Shown here piece by piece: positions 10,893-22,403 of a stretch of DNA of 64,000 bases. Both the position numbers and the translations under genes were made by a program. The stretch is from Paramoeba atlantica. Taxonomy: Eukaryota > Protista > Discosea. The DNA lies in assembly GCA_977017575.1 (NCBI GenBank), contig CDRNVI010000100.1, positions 4,543 to 68,542 on the forward strand. Direction: 5' to 3'. Position 1 is the first letter of the stretch, and each line of letters starts with the position of its first letter. The notes beneath the pieces are model-generated. The model did no database searches. It was not told where the DNA came from and saw only the letters and a list, made by a program, of their open reading frames with translations.

Positions 10893-11456
10893 ATGTTTTC
10901 GTTCAAAATTTTGAGATCTGTACGTTCCCGCTGTTTTTTTGATACAAACGATAATCGAATGAAAATGTGGGTAAAAAAAGGAGAGACCCCTGCAAAGAGA
11001 CTAAAGGTGCGCTGGGCGCCTAAGTGTCAGGTGTGGGGTGCTATAGGAATTAACTGGAGATGCTTAAAAATTTTATCCAGCAGGACCTCTATTACCCACG
11101 AAACATACATAGACACACTAAAACATGTTTATTTCCCCCGCAAAAGAATATTTCAACAAGATGGTGCCACCGCTCATACGGCCAAGGCCACCATAAATTA
11201 CCTGAACAAACGAAAAATTAATCTACTAAAAAATTGGCCCCCAATTTCTCCCGATCTTTCTCCCATTGAAAACATATGGTCAATGGTACAACAAGACGTA
11301 AGTGAAAAGCTACCATCTACAGTTTCCGAACTGCAAAGGTGTATTCTAAACACATGGAGTTCTTTACCGACTGAAATGATAAATGATACCATCTTAAGTT
11401 TCGATCGTAGACTGAAGGCCTGCGTCGAACTAGGTGGCGAAAAGGTAAAAAAGTGA
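10893..11456 (+). pseudogene. Tc1/IS630 transposase C-terminal fragment
   Basis: VWGAIG, FQQDGATAH, WPPISPDLSPIENIW (D-35-E spacing); HTH region and first catalytic D context missing. Confidence 0.85.
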
Positions 11457-11865
11457 TAAATACAGGGTCGTTCAGCATTTTTTGAACAATTCTTACAAGT
11501 GTATGTTTTGTTCAATTTTTTATATACAAATGTACCTCAATAATCATATGTACCTCAAAAGATAGGCGCGAGCCTCCTCTAGAAAGGAAAAATATGATGA
11601 CTTTGTCGCCAAGCGCGGTTCAGACACTAATATTTTTTTTGGTAATATTTGACGCCTTTCGTCCAGATGAGCCGCTAGAAAACGTCTTGTTTTTAAAACT
11701 CTTCGAATCGTGAAAGAAAAGCTTGTCTTTACTCACACGTATTTGAATCATGCGTTCATATGTATTTGAAGCATCCGATAGAGTAAGAATTTGATACTAT
11801 CAAATGCAAAACGTGTTTTGTTGTAGAATTGCCAAATTGCGTTTTTTTCTTTACTTTCTTGGAAC

Positions 11866-13059
11866 ATGCCATTGCAACTGGACGAGGAGTCCAGTTACTG
11901 TATTTCCCCTCGCTCTGATGCTAGCTCAATTTCAGATTTGAGCGTATCAACACCATCCTCACTCGGTGATGACCCGGATTGGACTTTGAGTGATTTCTCC
12001 GTAGATTCAAGCGATAACTCTCTTATTAGTGAAGATGAGTGGAGTGATGGGGAGGGCCTTGTAGCATATGGCCAATTAGCTTGTAACGTCGAACGCGGTG
12101 AAGATGAAAGTTTCTTAGATTTTATCTCACGAATAAAAGGGGATGTTTCATCCCGCGCGAGCTCTATCCCCTACGAGAAAATCTCACCCCCAAAAAATTA
12201 TGATCTAGTGGTTGAAGAATTGATTGGCAATAGTCTTTCTTCTCAGCAACCAGAAGAAGAGGTTCTAAGAGCAGAACCTCCGGACGAGATCGAGCCGAGA
12301 ACTTCAAATGTACAACCAAGTCACGACGAGGAAAAAATTCAAACAGAAGTAACGGCGGATGAGGTGCGAAGCAAGAGGAACGTCGAACGTGCTCTACGAA
12401 GACGTATCGAAAGCTTACAACACAAACTGCGTTTGCGCACACGACAGTTACGAAATGCTGTAAATCGTAACTGCAAGCAAGAAACGCGGTATGATGAAAT
12501 ATGTGAGAGGGTAAACGCAAGCATGAAAAACAGTGAGTTCACTTGCAAAGAGGCTGAGATTCGATGCTCTCTGTTAGAAAACGAACTGAAGATAGTAAAG
12601 GAGGAAAGAGCACTTCTTGAAGTACGATACAGGGAAGAGGAGACTGAAAAATTTCAAATAATTAAATCTTTGCAATTATTGCGCAGCCAACAGCACATCC
12701 AGACATTTGAACAAAAGCAACAGGGAAAACGAGGCCGACCCATGAAAAGAAAAACAATGAACAGACGAACCGCAGTTCAAATATATAGAACTAGAACGCG
12801 GTTAACAGAAACAGATGTAATGGCTATAAAATTGTTTCACAGGAGCGGCGTTTACCGGCACGCTGACCTTTGTTACATGTTTGCTTTGCCCCGTTCGACG
12901 TGCACTTATGTTCTGAAAAGTTCTAAGGCTGGAGAAAGACTTCAAAAAGTTCGACACGTGCGCCAGGTGCTAGAAAACTGGGAAGATTTTGAGCAGGCCA
13001 AAGGAATGCTGTCGAGCGTAATGGCAGCCCTCCAACGCACCGTTCTCTTAACAGTCTGA
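11866..13059 (+). CDS. Transposase N-terminal part: acidic region, coiled coil, basic cluster and HTH
   Basis: KRGRPMKRK and a HTH-like segment RLTETDVMAIKLFHRSG..LCYMFALPRSTCTYVLK directly upstream of the DDE ORF, inside the TIRs. Confidence 0.55.
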   Translation: MPLQLDEESSYCISPRSDASSISDLSVSTPSSLGDDPDWTLSDFSVDSSDNSLISEDEWSDGEGLVAYGQLACNVERGEDESFLDFISRIKGDVSSRASSIPYEKISPPKNYDLVVEELIGNSLSSQQPEEEVLRAEPPDEIEPRTSNVQPSHDEEKIQTEVTADEVRSKRNVERALRRRIESLQHKLRLRTRQLRNAVNRNCKQETRYDEICERVNASMKNSEFTCKEAEIRCSLLENELKIVKEERALLEVRYREEETEKFQIIKSLQLLRSQQHIQTFEQKQQGKRGRPMKRKTMNRRTAVQIYRTRTRLTETDVMAIKLFHRSGVYRHADLCYMFALPRSTCTYVLKSSKAGERLQKVRHVRQVLENWEDFEQAKGMLSSVMAALQRTVLLTV

Positions 13060-13928
13060 GATGCGCCTTCGTAGAAATGAGCAACGGCCGACTGATAATT
13101 CCACGCTTTCGATTACGTGCTTTACTCTACTACGGTGGTTATTCTTTTAAGGCCAAAGTATCAAATCTGTCTCTCTCCCAAAAAAAAATGGACGCAAGAG
13201 TCGCCTTTTGTCAATCAATGTTAAAAGAGAACGAGGCAACCGAAGGCATATTTTTTAAGCGATTAATATTTTCTGACGAATCCTGGATGGAAGCGGGGGA
13301 CATGTCCAGAGGTGCTTGGCAAAGTCCGACTGACATTGTGTATAAGTCAAGGACGCATCATCCAACGAAAGTAATGATTTGGGGTGCTATTGCGGGCGAC
13401 GGACACGTTTTTTACCACTGGTGCGATTTCACCAAGTTTTACAAGGATGAAGCTTCGCGTGAATTGCTACCTGGGGAAAAGCGGGAAGAATTTCCTCAGG
13501 AATTAAAACTCGGATCGTTATATTACCGCAAGTCGATATTGGAGCCCCATTTTTTGCCTTACGCAGCCACTCATGAAAACATTATTCTTATGGAAGACGG
13601 TGCTCCCGCTCATCGGGCCATACTTACAAAAAAGTGGTGGAAAGATCGAAAGGCGATGAACTTGTCACGGTACGTGAGTACAACTGGAGAGTTAATGCTT
13701 CGCTGGCCGGCGGATTCCCCAGATCTTAATCCAATTGAGAACTTGTGGAACCAAACAAAGCAATTCAAGAACCGTAAATGCCCCATTTCTGCAGGTGAAA
13801 TTAAGCGCGTATGTGAATCATATTTGGACTCCGTAGAAGCGAAGGAGTCGATAAAGAAGCTGCATGTCTCCTTCAAAAAAAGACTCGAGTTGTGCATATT
13901 ATATAAAGGAAAGAAGATTCCTTACTAA
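12993..13928 (+). CDS. Tc1/IS630 DDE transposase catalytic part (-1 frame relative to 11866-13059)
   Basis: IFSDES, VMIWGAI, MEDGAPAH, WPADSPDLNPIENLW; frame is open from 12993 (ATG at 13077). Confidence 0.85.
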   Translation, partial: AGQRNAVERNGSPPTHRSLNSLRCAFVEMSNGRLIIPRFRLRALLYYGGYSFKAKVSNLSLSQKKMDARVAFCQSMLKENEATEGIFFKRLIFSDESWMEAGDMSRGAWQSPTDIVYKSRTHHPTKVMIWGAIAGDGHVFYHWCDFTKFYKDEASRELLPGEKREEFPQELKLGSLYYRKSILEPHFLPYAATHENIILMEDGAPAHRAILTKKWWKDRKAMNLSRYVSTTGELMLRWPADSPDLNPIENLWNQTKQFKNRKCPISAGEIKRVCESYLDSVEAKESIKKLHVSFKKRLELCILYKGKKIPY

Positions 13929-15160
13929 ATACTGTATGTGTACTAATGTTAAAATAAGTGATTTCTGGGAAAGGGGAGAAACTCAGTACTAAAAACTAAA
14001 GTTTATCGAAAAATAATGATAAAATACTTGGTCAATTTTGCCTGAGATTGCCTTTTTGGACCGTTGCATCTTTTGGGTACAGGGGCCCATGTGCGTAGAA
14101 AATATTTTTCCCTATCTGCTTGTGTTCTAAACTAACGCTTTCCGCACATTTTATTTGAATTCGACATCATGTGCAACCTGTGGAATTGTTCAACTTTGAC
14201 ATAAACGGCCCTGTAGTTTCCACTTTATAAATAGCTATAGGACTAGTGACCAAGTGTGGGAGGACATAAATCCCGAACTGAGATCTGCAAAATGCCATTG
14301 AAATTAGCTCAAACAAACAAAGCATCGAATTTTTAGAGGGGGGTGCCTTATTTTGGCCAGGGGTTTATTTATAGAAATTAATGAGGAGGAGTACATCGTT
14401 TTCGACAAAAAAAAGATTTTCATGCCAAAAATGCGAAATTTTGGGCGAATTTGGGCCGTTTTTGAAACCAAATACAGTTGATAATTTTTATAGATACAGT
14501 TGATAATTTTTTAAGAGTCTTCATCACATAGAATAATAATTTTTTTAAGATTATCATTATTAATGACAGGGGGAGTACACTTTCTTAAAATAATTTCAAA
14601 TTTTTATGAAATCGTTTTTTGTGTTCCCTAGGCATACGCTAACTAGTAAACTAGTAATTACTATAGTAATTACTATGAGCTACTACTTTTGAGTCTTCCC
14701 ATGAAGGTTGTTACCATTTTAAAAACACAGTTATTTTTGAAATTTCATTTCATTGTTTTATGGCGGATATGTTATTAACTTTAGCGGTATCTGCAGTGTC
14801 TCTCATATTAATAAAATTATTAGCTATTGACTTCTTATTGTCTGTCTGGAAGTTGAACCAATCGTTGAAAGGGAACCCGGAAATGAAGTTTCTACACCTG
14901 TGCCAAGCAACACTCGTCGACGACAAAGGCCTTCTGCAGAAGAGCATCGCGAGCGTGCTGTTGCCATTTCTAATCGACTTAAAGAAAATCCCACTCAAGT
15001 TGCCCTTACTAATGAAGCCCATGAAGCCCACGGCGCTCTCCCGCCGTGCTCCCCGCCACGCTCCTGCCGTGCCACCCGCCACGCTCCCGCCGCGCCACCC
15101 GCCACGCTCGTGCCGCACCACCCGTCACGCTCCCTCCCCGCCTCCACTTCCGCCGCCCCC

Positions 15161-15457
15161 CTAATGCCCGGCAAAAGATCCTGGCGTCACCCAGCTAGCA
15201 GTACGGACTGAGTCCAAATACTTCTTTTGCTGTGCATGTGTGACCGCAAAATCTAATACCATGCCTTTCGCCAGAACCCCTCTCTCAAGAGAGCCAGTGG
15301 GCAGAAAAACGTCCGCGGGTCTAGTGAGAGCGCCTCCTGGGCCACGGTTTCCCAGACTCTTTTCTCTCTGTGGTTGAAGAAAGGCCTTGCTGCGGAAAGA
15401 TGCGAATTGGTGTGCCAGGGCGTTGTGTCGAGCTATCAAACCGTGTCCGTTTTTACA
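15161..15457 (-). pseudogene. C-terminal fragment of an RLE-type non-LTR retrotransposon (CRE/SLACS/NeSL-like)
   Basis: CKNGHGLIARHNAL (end of zinc knuckle) followed by RPADVFLP...VLDFAVTH (restriction-like endonuclease). Confidence 0.6.
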
Positions 15458-15861
15458 TAATAATCATACCCTGGACTTAGCTCCGAGTAAATTAAGCATC
15501 ATTAAGCACAACTAAACATTTTTCTCTTCCATGTGTAAGTACAATTATGTTTTGCATATATAACCCCCCAATGAAAAGTGACCTACCCCTTTATTATAAT
15601 GGGTACCTGGTTGGGCACCATAATCATTGCAAAGCGGGTTCGAGCCTCCATACCAAACCACTCCTCGCAACACATCGATCCCGAGAGTAACCCGCCTTCT
15701 ATGAGTCAGAGCTTGACTCCAATACGTCAGAACGGGGCAGGAGAGCGAAGAGAAATTTCAACCGCAGTGGAAAAGAATATTGGTACCTACAATTCGTAGG
15801 TTCATGCAGCCAAGCGGCTGTAACTGCTTCGCAGTTGAAAACACCGCGAAAACCAACTTCA

Positions 15862-16481
15862 TCAGCCCGTCGCTCCGGAAATGTGGACCCTTTGCGGTAC
15901 AATTTTGACGAGTGCCGCCCTGAATGGCTTCGTAGACACAGTGAAACCAGGGCCTGGGTGGGGTTTGGGTTCTAGTGGACTTTTAGACTTCCACGTAGAC
16001 AGAATTTCACGGACAGTCTTTCTGTCCCTGCCAAAATGTTTAGCTAAAGTATGAATCGAATTTCCTTTTTTATAATGGCGGACAATTTCAAGGCGCTCTG
16101 GGAATGCAGGTAATAGGGGGGTCTTACAGGTAATAGGGGGTGTCTTGTTCTTCGGCGAGTTGGAGTACTGCTCTTTAGTAGATTTAACGGGGGTATCCCT
16201 CAAATTTATAGAATTAGAAACCATATTTGAATAAAAAACTCCCAAATTTTTGAAATATTGGGATTGTTTGTAAAATTATGCTATTTTTTCGTGTTCTTTT
16301 TCTAAATAGCCAGGCAACGCTAGGATAGGGGGGATAGTATTTTAGACCCAGGGGGGGTGATGGGCAAACGAACGGCCGGAAACGCTCTAGTTTTTCGAGA
16401 TCTGTTGAATGCCGAAGGAATTAGGTCAAAAGCTCTTATGGTGTGCTCAGGAGCCTGGGGGGGAAACCAGTACCTGGTCTG
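15862..16481 (-). mobile_element. 5' half of a Tc1 element (TIR plus HTH coding region)
   Basis: TA at 16482-83; ~140-bp terminal sequence matches the TIRs of 17436-18220; ERLEIVRHYKKGNSIHTLAKHFGRDRKTVREIL HTH. Confidence 0.75.
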
Positions 16482-17243
16482 TAGAATGGTATGATCTCGA
16501 AATCACAGAATACCAAAATTCCTCGTTTAAGCCACATGTACACTTTTACCAGTTGTAGGAAGGAAAACAGTGTCCCTGTATTAATAATCTATATGCCCAA
16601 ATTATCACGGCCGAGTTTAAGGTTCACCGAATTGCATTCCTTAGTTATTCGAAAAAAATGGTAGCCACAAAAAAGGGAGGTACAATTAGTTATTCTTTTT
16701 TTTTCCTTTTATGTCACTGCAATATCGATAAAACCCATCCTCCCTACACACGGTTCAGCCGCGCGCCACCACGAATGCACACCACATCACTTCGGAGGAT
16801 TCGGAACACAAGACCCAGAGAAAGAAAATAGAAAGGGAAAGGGAAAAAATTAAGTTCCTATGATTTAATGACATACCTTCCGCGTGTAAGTGTGTACGTA
16901 CACGTGTAAGTTAGCCACTTACACACTTTTCTTGTAACACTGTTTTTGTTGATGGGAAAGCGATCTCGTGTAAACAGGCGCGGAAACACATTCAGTTTAG
17001 TTCAATGTAAGGATATAAAGTTCATGTGAAAGGTTTTTAGTCTACACAACTCGCACTTTCTTTTGGGTTAGATCCTGCAAAAAAACCCGCATGGTGAGGC
17101 ACACGTACAAATTGACTGAAAAGAAAAGTCATCCCTCTCGGGGAGTAGTACCCCGAACGTGTTCCTTCTGGATCTCCCGAATTTCGCTAAGTCTTTGCCG
17201 TTGGAGATGCACTGGGTGCGGGTGGGTGCGGCTGGGGATGTTT

Positions 17244-17433
17244 CAACCCTCTAAAGTGGACAAGGGAGATACTAAAGGCACCTTTGGAAAACCACCACAA
17301 AACTGGAACCCTCCCGGTTTGTAGAGCATTCTGATGTAACGAAAGGATCTTTAACGGGAGATATCGTTCCAGTTTTGTGGTGGTTTTCCAAAAGTGCCTT
17401 TAGTATCTCCCTCGTCCACTTTAGCCTGGGTAA
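17244..17433. mobile_element. Foldback/MITE-like hairpin element (59-bp arms)
   Basis: 17251-17309 is the reverse complement of 17366-17424 with few mismatches; related element at 35462-35645. Confidence 0.75.
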
Positions 17434-17435
17434 TA

Positions 17436-18220
17436 CAGTCCAGGTACTGGTTTCCCCCCCCCCCCCAGGCTCCAGAACACACCGTAAGAGATTTTGACCT
17501 AATTCCTTCGGCATTCAACAGATCTCGAAAGACTAGAGCGTTTCCCGCCGTTTGTTTGCCTATCAGCCCTCCTGGGTCAAAAATATTTAGGAAAAACACG
17601 AAAAAATAGCATAATTTTACTAAAAAATCCCAATATTTCAAAAATTTGGGAGTTTTTCATTCAAATATGGTTTCTCATTCTATGAATTTGAGGGATACTC
17701 CCATCAAATCTACTCAAGACCAGTACTAAAGGCCAGTACAACTCGCCGAAAAGCAAGATACCCCCTATTACCCATAAAACGTCACGAAATGCACTCCCAG
17801 AGCGCCTTGACCGAATTCTAAAAGAAAATTTGAAACCAGGGACTGAAAAACAGCTCCGGAAGGCGATAAAGAAAGCCTTTTGTGATGCTTAAGCGTCATT
17901 CTTATCGACGCCAATTCTTAATTTGTATAAATTCAGTTCCTAAACGCTTGCGAATTGTGCGGAGCATTCAAGGAGACCAATGTAGGTATTAATATATAGG
18001 AATCTATACACATTTTTTTCATTTTTTACCCCCCCTCGAATTTTTTTTTTTTGAAATTTGCCAACTTTCACCACGCCCACCTAGGACCCAGGGGGGGTGA
18101 TGGGCAAAGCAACTGTGGGAAACGCTCTAGCTTTTCGAGATCTGTTGAATGCCGAAGGAATTAGGTCAAAAGCTCTTACGGCGCGCTCTGGAGCCTGGGG
18201 GGGAACCAATACCTGGACTG
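17436..18220 (+). mobile_element. Non-autonomous Tc1 derivative with ~140-bp TIRs
   Basis: TA-CAGTCCAGG...CCTGGACTG-TA; internal sequence is a deleted version of the 15862-16481 element. Confidence 0.85.
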
Positions 18221-19534
18221 TATGCCGAAGAATAACTTTATGGTCGAATAGCGCCTATCGGGAGCACAGACCGTGAGAACATCGTTTTGGAAGTAACTTC
18301 TCATTGCCCTCGTGATTGTAACCATTTTATATACATCAGTCAGCCCATATTCTGTAACGATTTAAACTTTTGTACATATCAAAAAAAGTAGTAAGTCATA
18401 GTAATTACTGAGGACTACTTCTTCCTTAGTAATTAGGAAACTTAGGAAGGTTCTTCCTTAGTACTACTTCTACCTTAGTAGTTCTTCCTTAGTACTACTT
18501 CTTCCTTAGTAATTAGGAAACTAGAGAACTACTACTTCCTTAGTAATTACTGAAAGCTTGCGTAAGTAATTCATAAACGGGTGGGTACAATAAGATAATA
18601 GGGATACATACGTATTTTCTATAAATTGTCTAGTATCCATTTTGTACTGTTCATATCCAGATAAAAAATTTCATATCCAGATAAAAAGGGGCGGGTGCGG
18701 ACGGCCCTTTCGTTAGTTAGTAATTAGTTATTCGGAGACCAAATCAAAATTGAGAAGAAAGTTATAAATTTAGACATTAAAAGCTGAAGCGGGAAGTCAT
18801 GTGAAATTGAATTCGAGCAAGTCATCTATATACTATATATCTTTCATTTCATGGATCACGCACGAGCCTGTGCCCCCGAATGTCAATTATATAGTAATTA
18901 CTAGCCGATTAGTAGTAAATTAGTAATTGCTAGTTTACTACTGTAGTTAGGGTATGCCTAGGGTGATATGTATGAATTTTTTGGATTACTTAGTCAATTT
19001 TTTTCTTAAGATTACGGCTAGTATTGCCTTTCTATGGTTTCAATGAACTGCAGAGGTTGCCCCCGTTTTGAGTGTGCTGCTCAAATTCGCTTGACTTCAG
19101 TCGGCTCTGCCACAGAGGAAACGTGTACGCTGTGGATGCTAAGCCACAAACTCACTGTTAACCAAGTGTATTATGCGCATTATGTTCCGCAGTAAGAAGC
19201 ATTTTTCTTGTTAGATAATGATCGAAGGGAAAATATCGTCTTTTTAAAAATTCTGAAAACTGAATTCAAAATTTTGTACATTATTCGTTCAATCCGACCT
19301 TATCTTCTTTATCCCTTACAACTTTCAGTTCCTTGAGAATGGAAGATAAATCTTCAGAGGAAAGAGTCTCATCCTGAAGAACAGAACTGACACGATGTAC
19401 CTGATTTCGACGAATAAAAATCCTTCCTTCACGATTGCGAAGGCGGTTTTCTATCGCAGAAACCAGGTGCTTTTACGCTTTGTGAGTCTTTTCCAAAAGT
19501 CGTCCAAACTGTCTTCGATAAGAGCTTGATGTTA

Positions 19535-20481
19535 CAGGGGTGAACAGAAATCTTGCCCCCCCCCCCGTTTTTTTATCCGTTTTTGCTCATCTTTGCAGCA
19601 TTGGAGAGATCTCGCTTTCCTAGCGAAGGGCTTTGCCGCCTTTTTTTCGTAGGGACCCCCTGGGACCCCCTAGGTCTAAAAAACATGGTTTTTTGATACC
19701 GTTTTTCTGGAGCGCACCCATTTTTTTTACATTTTTTTATGTTTTATAAAATTATGCCCTTCGCATTTTAGCTCGTTTTAATCGCGTTTGATGAATCTAA
19801 TTCTCATAGCGAATAGTCTTGCTGCATTTCTTTCTTAATGGCTCCTTAGAGCTCTCATGGGATAAAAACATGATTTTTAGCAATTTTTTTTCCTCACGTA
19901 CATTTTTCCCTTTTGTGAAACTATGAAAACAAGATGTACAAACCCTAAACCCGGTGAGTATGTTGAGGCATGGAGCGACAAAAGAGAGGACACCCCCCCG
20001 ATATCACATAAAAGCACTTTTTCTGTACCCCTTTCTGAACAACATTGTGTGGAACAAATTTAAGCCACACAACCACGAAACACTCATAGAGGCCGTAAAA
20101 AAGGCGTTCAATGCCATAAAAAGATCCTCAGAAAAGCAAAAAGTAATGAATACAATCAACTCAGTTCCCAAAAGACTCCGAATAGTATTAGAAAATGACG
20201 GCGGACATTCTGGGTACTAATCTATAAAGTTTATATCACGTATTAGTTCTTACTGATCGGCATCCGCATTTTTCCATGTAATTTTCAAAATTTGAGTTTT
20301 CTAAAATCTTGTTTTTGGTCGATTTTCGGGTCGCCGTATGAGCACCAGGGGGTCCCTACGAAAAAAAGGCAGCAAAGCCCTTCGCTAGGAAAGCGAGATC
20401 TCTCCAATGCTGCAAAGATGAGCAAAAAAGGATAAAAAAATCAAATTTCCAAGGGGGGGGCAAGATTTCTGTTCACCCCTG
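19535..20481 (+). mobile_element. Non-autonomous Tc1 derivative with long TIRs and a transposase C-terminal remnant (19954-20220)
   Basis: TA-CAGGGGTGAACAGAAATCTTGCC...GGCAAGATTTCTGTTCACCCCTG-TA; remnant TLIEAVKKAF..NSVPKRLRIVLENDGGHSGY. Confidence 0.85.
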
Positions 20482-20728
20482 TATCATCGTGCAATGAGCG
20501 GTTCATCCAACGAGCCACAGCTTCGGCTGAGCGAATGAACGTCTTGCTGGGTTCAGTAGTCTTACATTGACGAATAATACATAAAATATTCGCCGCATAC
20601 GTAAAACACAGTGGCGTACTTTACGCCCGTATACAGAAGAAAATATTATAAACTTATTAGGAATTAAAATATTAAGAAAAACACCGATTTAGCTTTGTTT
20701 CTACTCTTACAACACACCGTCTCTCCCC

Positions 20729-21325
20729 ATGATCGTTTCCCCACCACTCCTACATTTCTCCGATGCCCCGCAGCCCCCGCTCAAGTCATCCAAAACACGC
20801 AACGTGGAACTCCCAGACGAATACAATCTTGTGCGTTTTATTGCCAACATCACCAACCCCCACGCCTCATGGACCACACACAACAAGCAGTGGGATGGCG
20901 CGGAACGCGACCTAAAAGGTGCAACCCGAGTCATTGATTGGTTCAGCCGCGGCCTTAGTGGCACTCTCCAGTGGGAATATCTACCGCGCTCCCTCAAGGA
21001 GTTAAATTTTTACGACAACAAGCTATATGGGAGTGTGGATTTGGTCGACCTCCCCCCAGGGCTCGTGGTGCTGGATCTGTCCTATAACCGATTCTCCGGG
21101 TCGCTGGAGTTAACAAAATTGCCGGAGACCATGGAGGAGCTAATCCTGTCCGAGAATCAATTTGCAGGATGGGTGGATCTAACCCGTCTGCCGCGGCGTC
21201 TAAGTACGTTTGCGGTGCGGAATAACGCGGAACTGACGGGGAAACTGGAGCCGGAAAAGCTGCCGCGGGATATGTCCTACCGGGCGCTGTGGGATACGAA
21301 AATTTTAGTCTGTGATCTAGATTAA
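20729..21325 (+). CDS. Short LRR protein
   Basis: LPRSLKELNFYDNKLYGSVDL, LPPGLVVLDLSYNRFSGSLEL. Confidence 0.8.
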   Translation: MIVSPPLLHFSDAPQPPLKSSKTRNVELPDEYNLVRFIANITNPHASWTTHNKQWDGAERDLKGATRVIDWFSRGLSGTLQWEYLPRSLKELNFYDNKLYGSVDLVDLPPGLVVLDLSYNRFSGSLELTKLPETMEELILSENQFAGWVDLTRLPRRLSTFAVRNNAELTGKLEPEKLPRDMSYRALWDTKILVCDLD

Positions 21326-21438
21326 GTATGACAGGAAATGTGAGAATGCAAGTGACGGAATTTCGTGCACTTACAAATGTGTATCATGTACTGTGACACT
21401 CCCCCTTGTACTTCGTTGAAAAAAACTGCTTTCACCTA

Positions 21439-22403
21439 AACCGGGGGTCAGTCTAATATTAAGATTGAAAACGCTAATAAACCCCGCGTCATCAATAAGC
21501 GAATCGCAGGGTTGTCATAATCACTCGCTTGGGTAATACTGAAATTTTGTTTGAGAAGCCACCATGAAAAAAATTCAAGTTTTTTTCGGGGGAAAAAAGT
21601 CCCCTTTCACCGAAATTTGTTACAGTAAAAGGATATAATCATTTTACATGATCTGGTGCACCGTTTCACAAGCCTTCTTGATGCCACGTGTTAATTCAGA
21701 ATAGTTTTGCAACTGATTTTTGTTGCTAATATGAATACGGGAGTTTGGAAATCTGCCTTTAATCCATTTGTTCAACACTTGTATGGATCCATACTTGCGT
21801 TGTATCTCTACACTCCAGCTATCCCACACACGTGAGATCGCCCGCTTGATTTTGGCCGTAGATTCCACTCGAACGCGAACACCATTATCTTTTGCTTGCT
21901 TTTCGTAAGGGCAAATTTTAGTTCTATCCACATTTTTTGAAAGTTCACCTGAATCCTCTGAATCTCTGTCATTCGATTTTTCATCCGATTCTTCGGAGCT
22001 TTCAGAACCATTATCTTCTTCGGACTCGGCACTGTCACTCGGCCGACTTTCAGAGTCACAGTTTTCAGATTTATAAAGCAGAGAATCGCTCAAGTCGGAG
22101 GGTTGCATACACCTTCGTCATCCTTAAGAGAGCAAACCTCAACATAATCTTCGACGACTCTGTAACATTCGTTGATTACTTCTCCGTGGCTACGCAGCGA
22201 TAGTGCCGTTAATTGTGAAGCAATAAGGTCCACCAAAAAAATCAGAAAAATTAAAGAACCAAAGAAAATCCTTAAAAAAATCAAATCTTAATATTGAAGT
22301 GAATCTTAATATTAAAGTGTCATTTTAATATTAAAGTGCCAATCTTAATATTAAAGTAGATCTTAATATTAAACTAACCTTAGTATTGAACTGACTCCCG
22401 GTT
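21439..22403 (-). mobile_element. TA-flanked TIR element (AACCGGG.GTCAGT) with ATCTTAATATTAAAGT subterminal repeats and ORF remnant 21644-22108
   Basis: TA at 21437-38 and 22404-05; ~5 repeats at 22285-22375; remnant ORF has an acidic N-terminus. Confidence 0.7.

Larger units (their letters stand above)
11463..14214 (+). mobile_element. Tc1/IS630-like transposon nested in 10823-14365
   Basis: TA-CAGGGTCGTT... and ...AACGGCCCTG-TA imperfect TIRs sharing TTGAACAATTC; encloses both transposase ORFs. Confidence 0.75.
10823..14365 (+). mobile_element. Internally deleted Tc1/mariner element (TIR AACCCCTGGCCA..AATAAGGCACCCCC) hosting a second element
   Basis: TA at 10821-22 and 14366-67 with matching inverted ends. 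Confidence 0.7.
14626..18963. mobile_element. Segment bounded by inverted repeats CCCTAGGCATAC.CTAACT with AGTAATTACT subterminal repeats
   Basis: Inverted match between 14626-14680 and 18890-18963; no TSD recognised. Confidence 0.4.

Noticed and set aside
13057-13077. Stop-codon readthrough or alternative genetic code joining the two transposase ORFs
   Set aside because: The ORFs are in different frames, and host genes use standard TAA, TAG and TGA stops.
14129-14138. AACTAACGCT, identical to the first 10 nt of trypanosomatid SL
   Set aside because: The downstream sequence does not continue as SL, and a 10-mer match is plausible by chance in 64 kb.
19000-19530. Protein-like minus-strand fragments (also 33190-33700 and 50740-50870)
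   Set aside because: Short and broken, with no motif I can assign with confidence.
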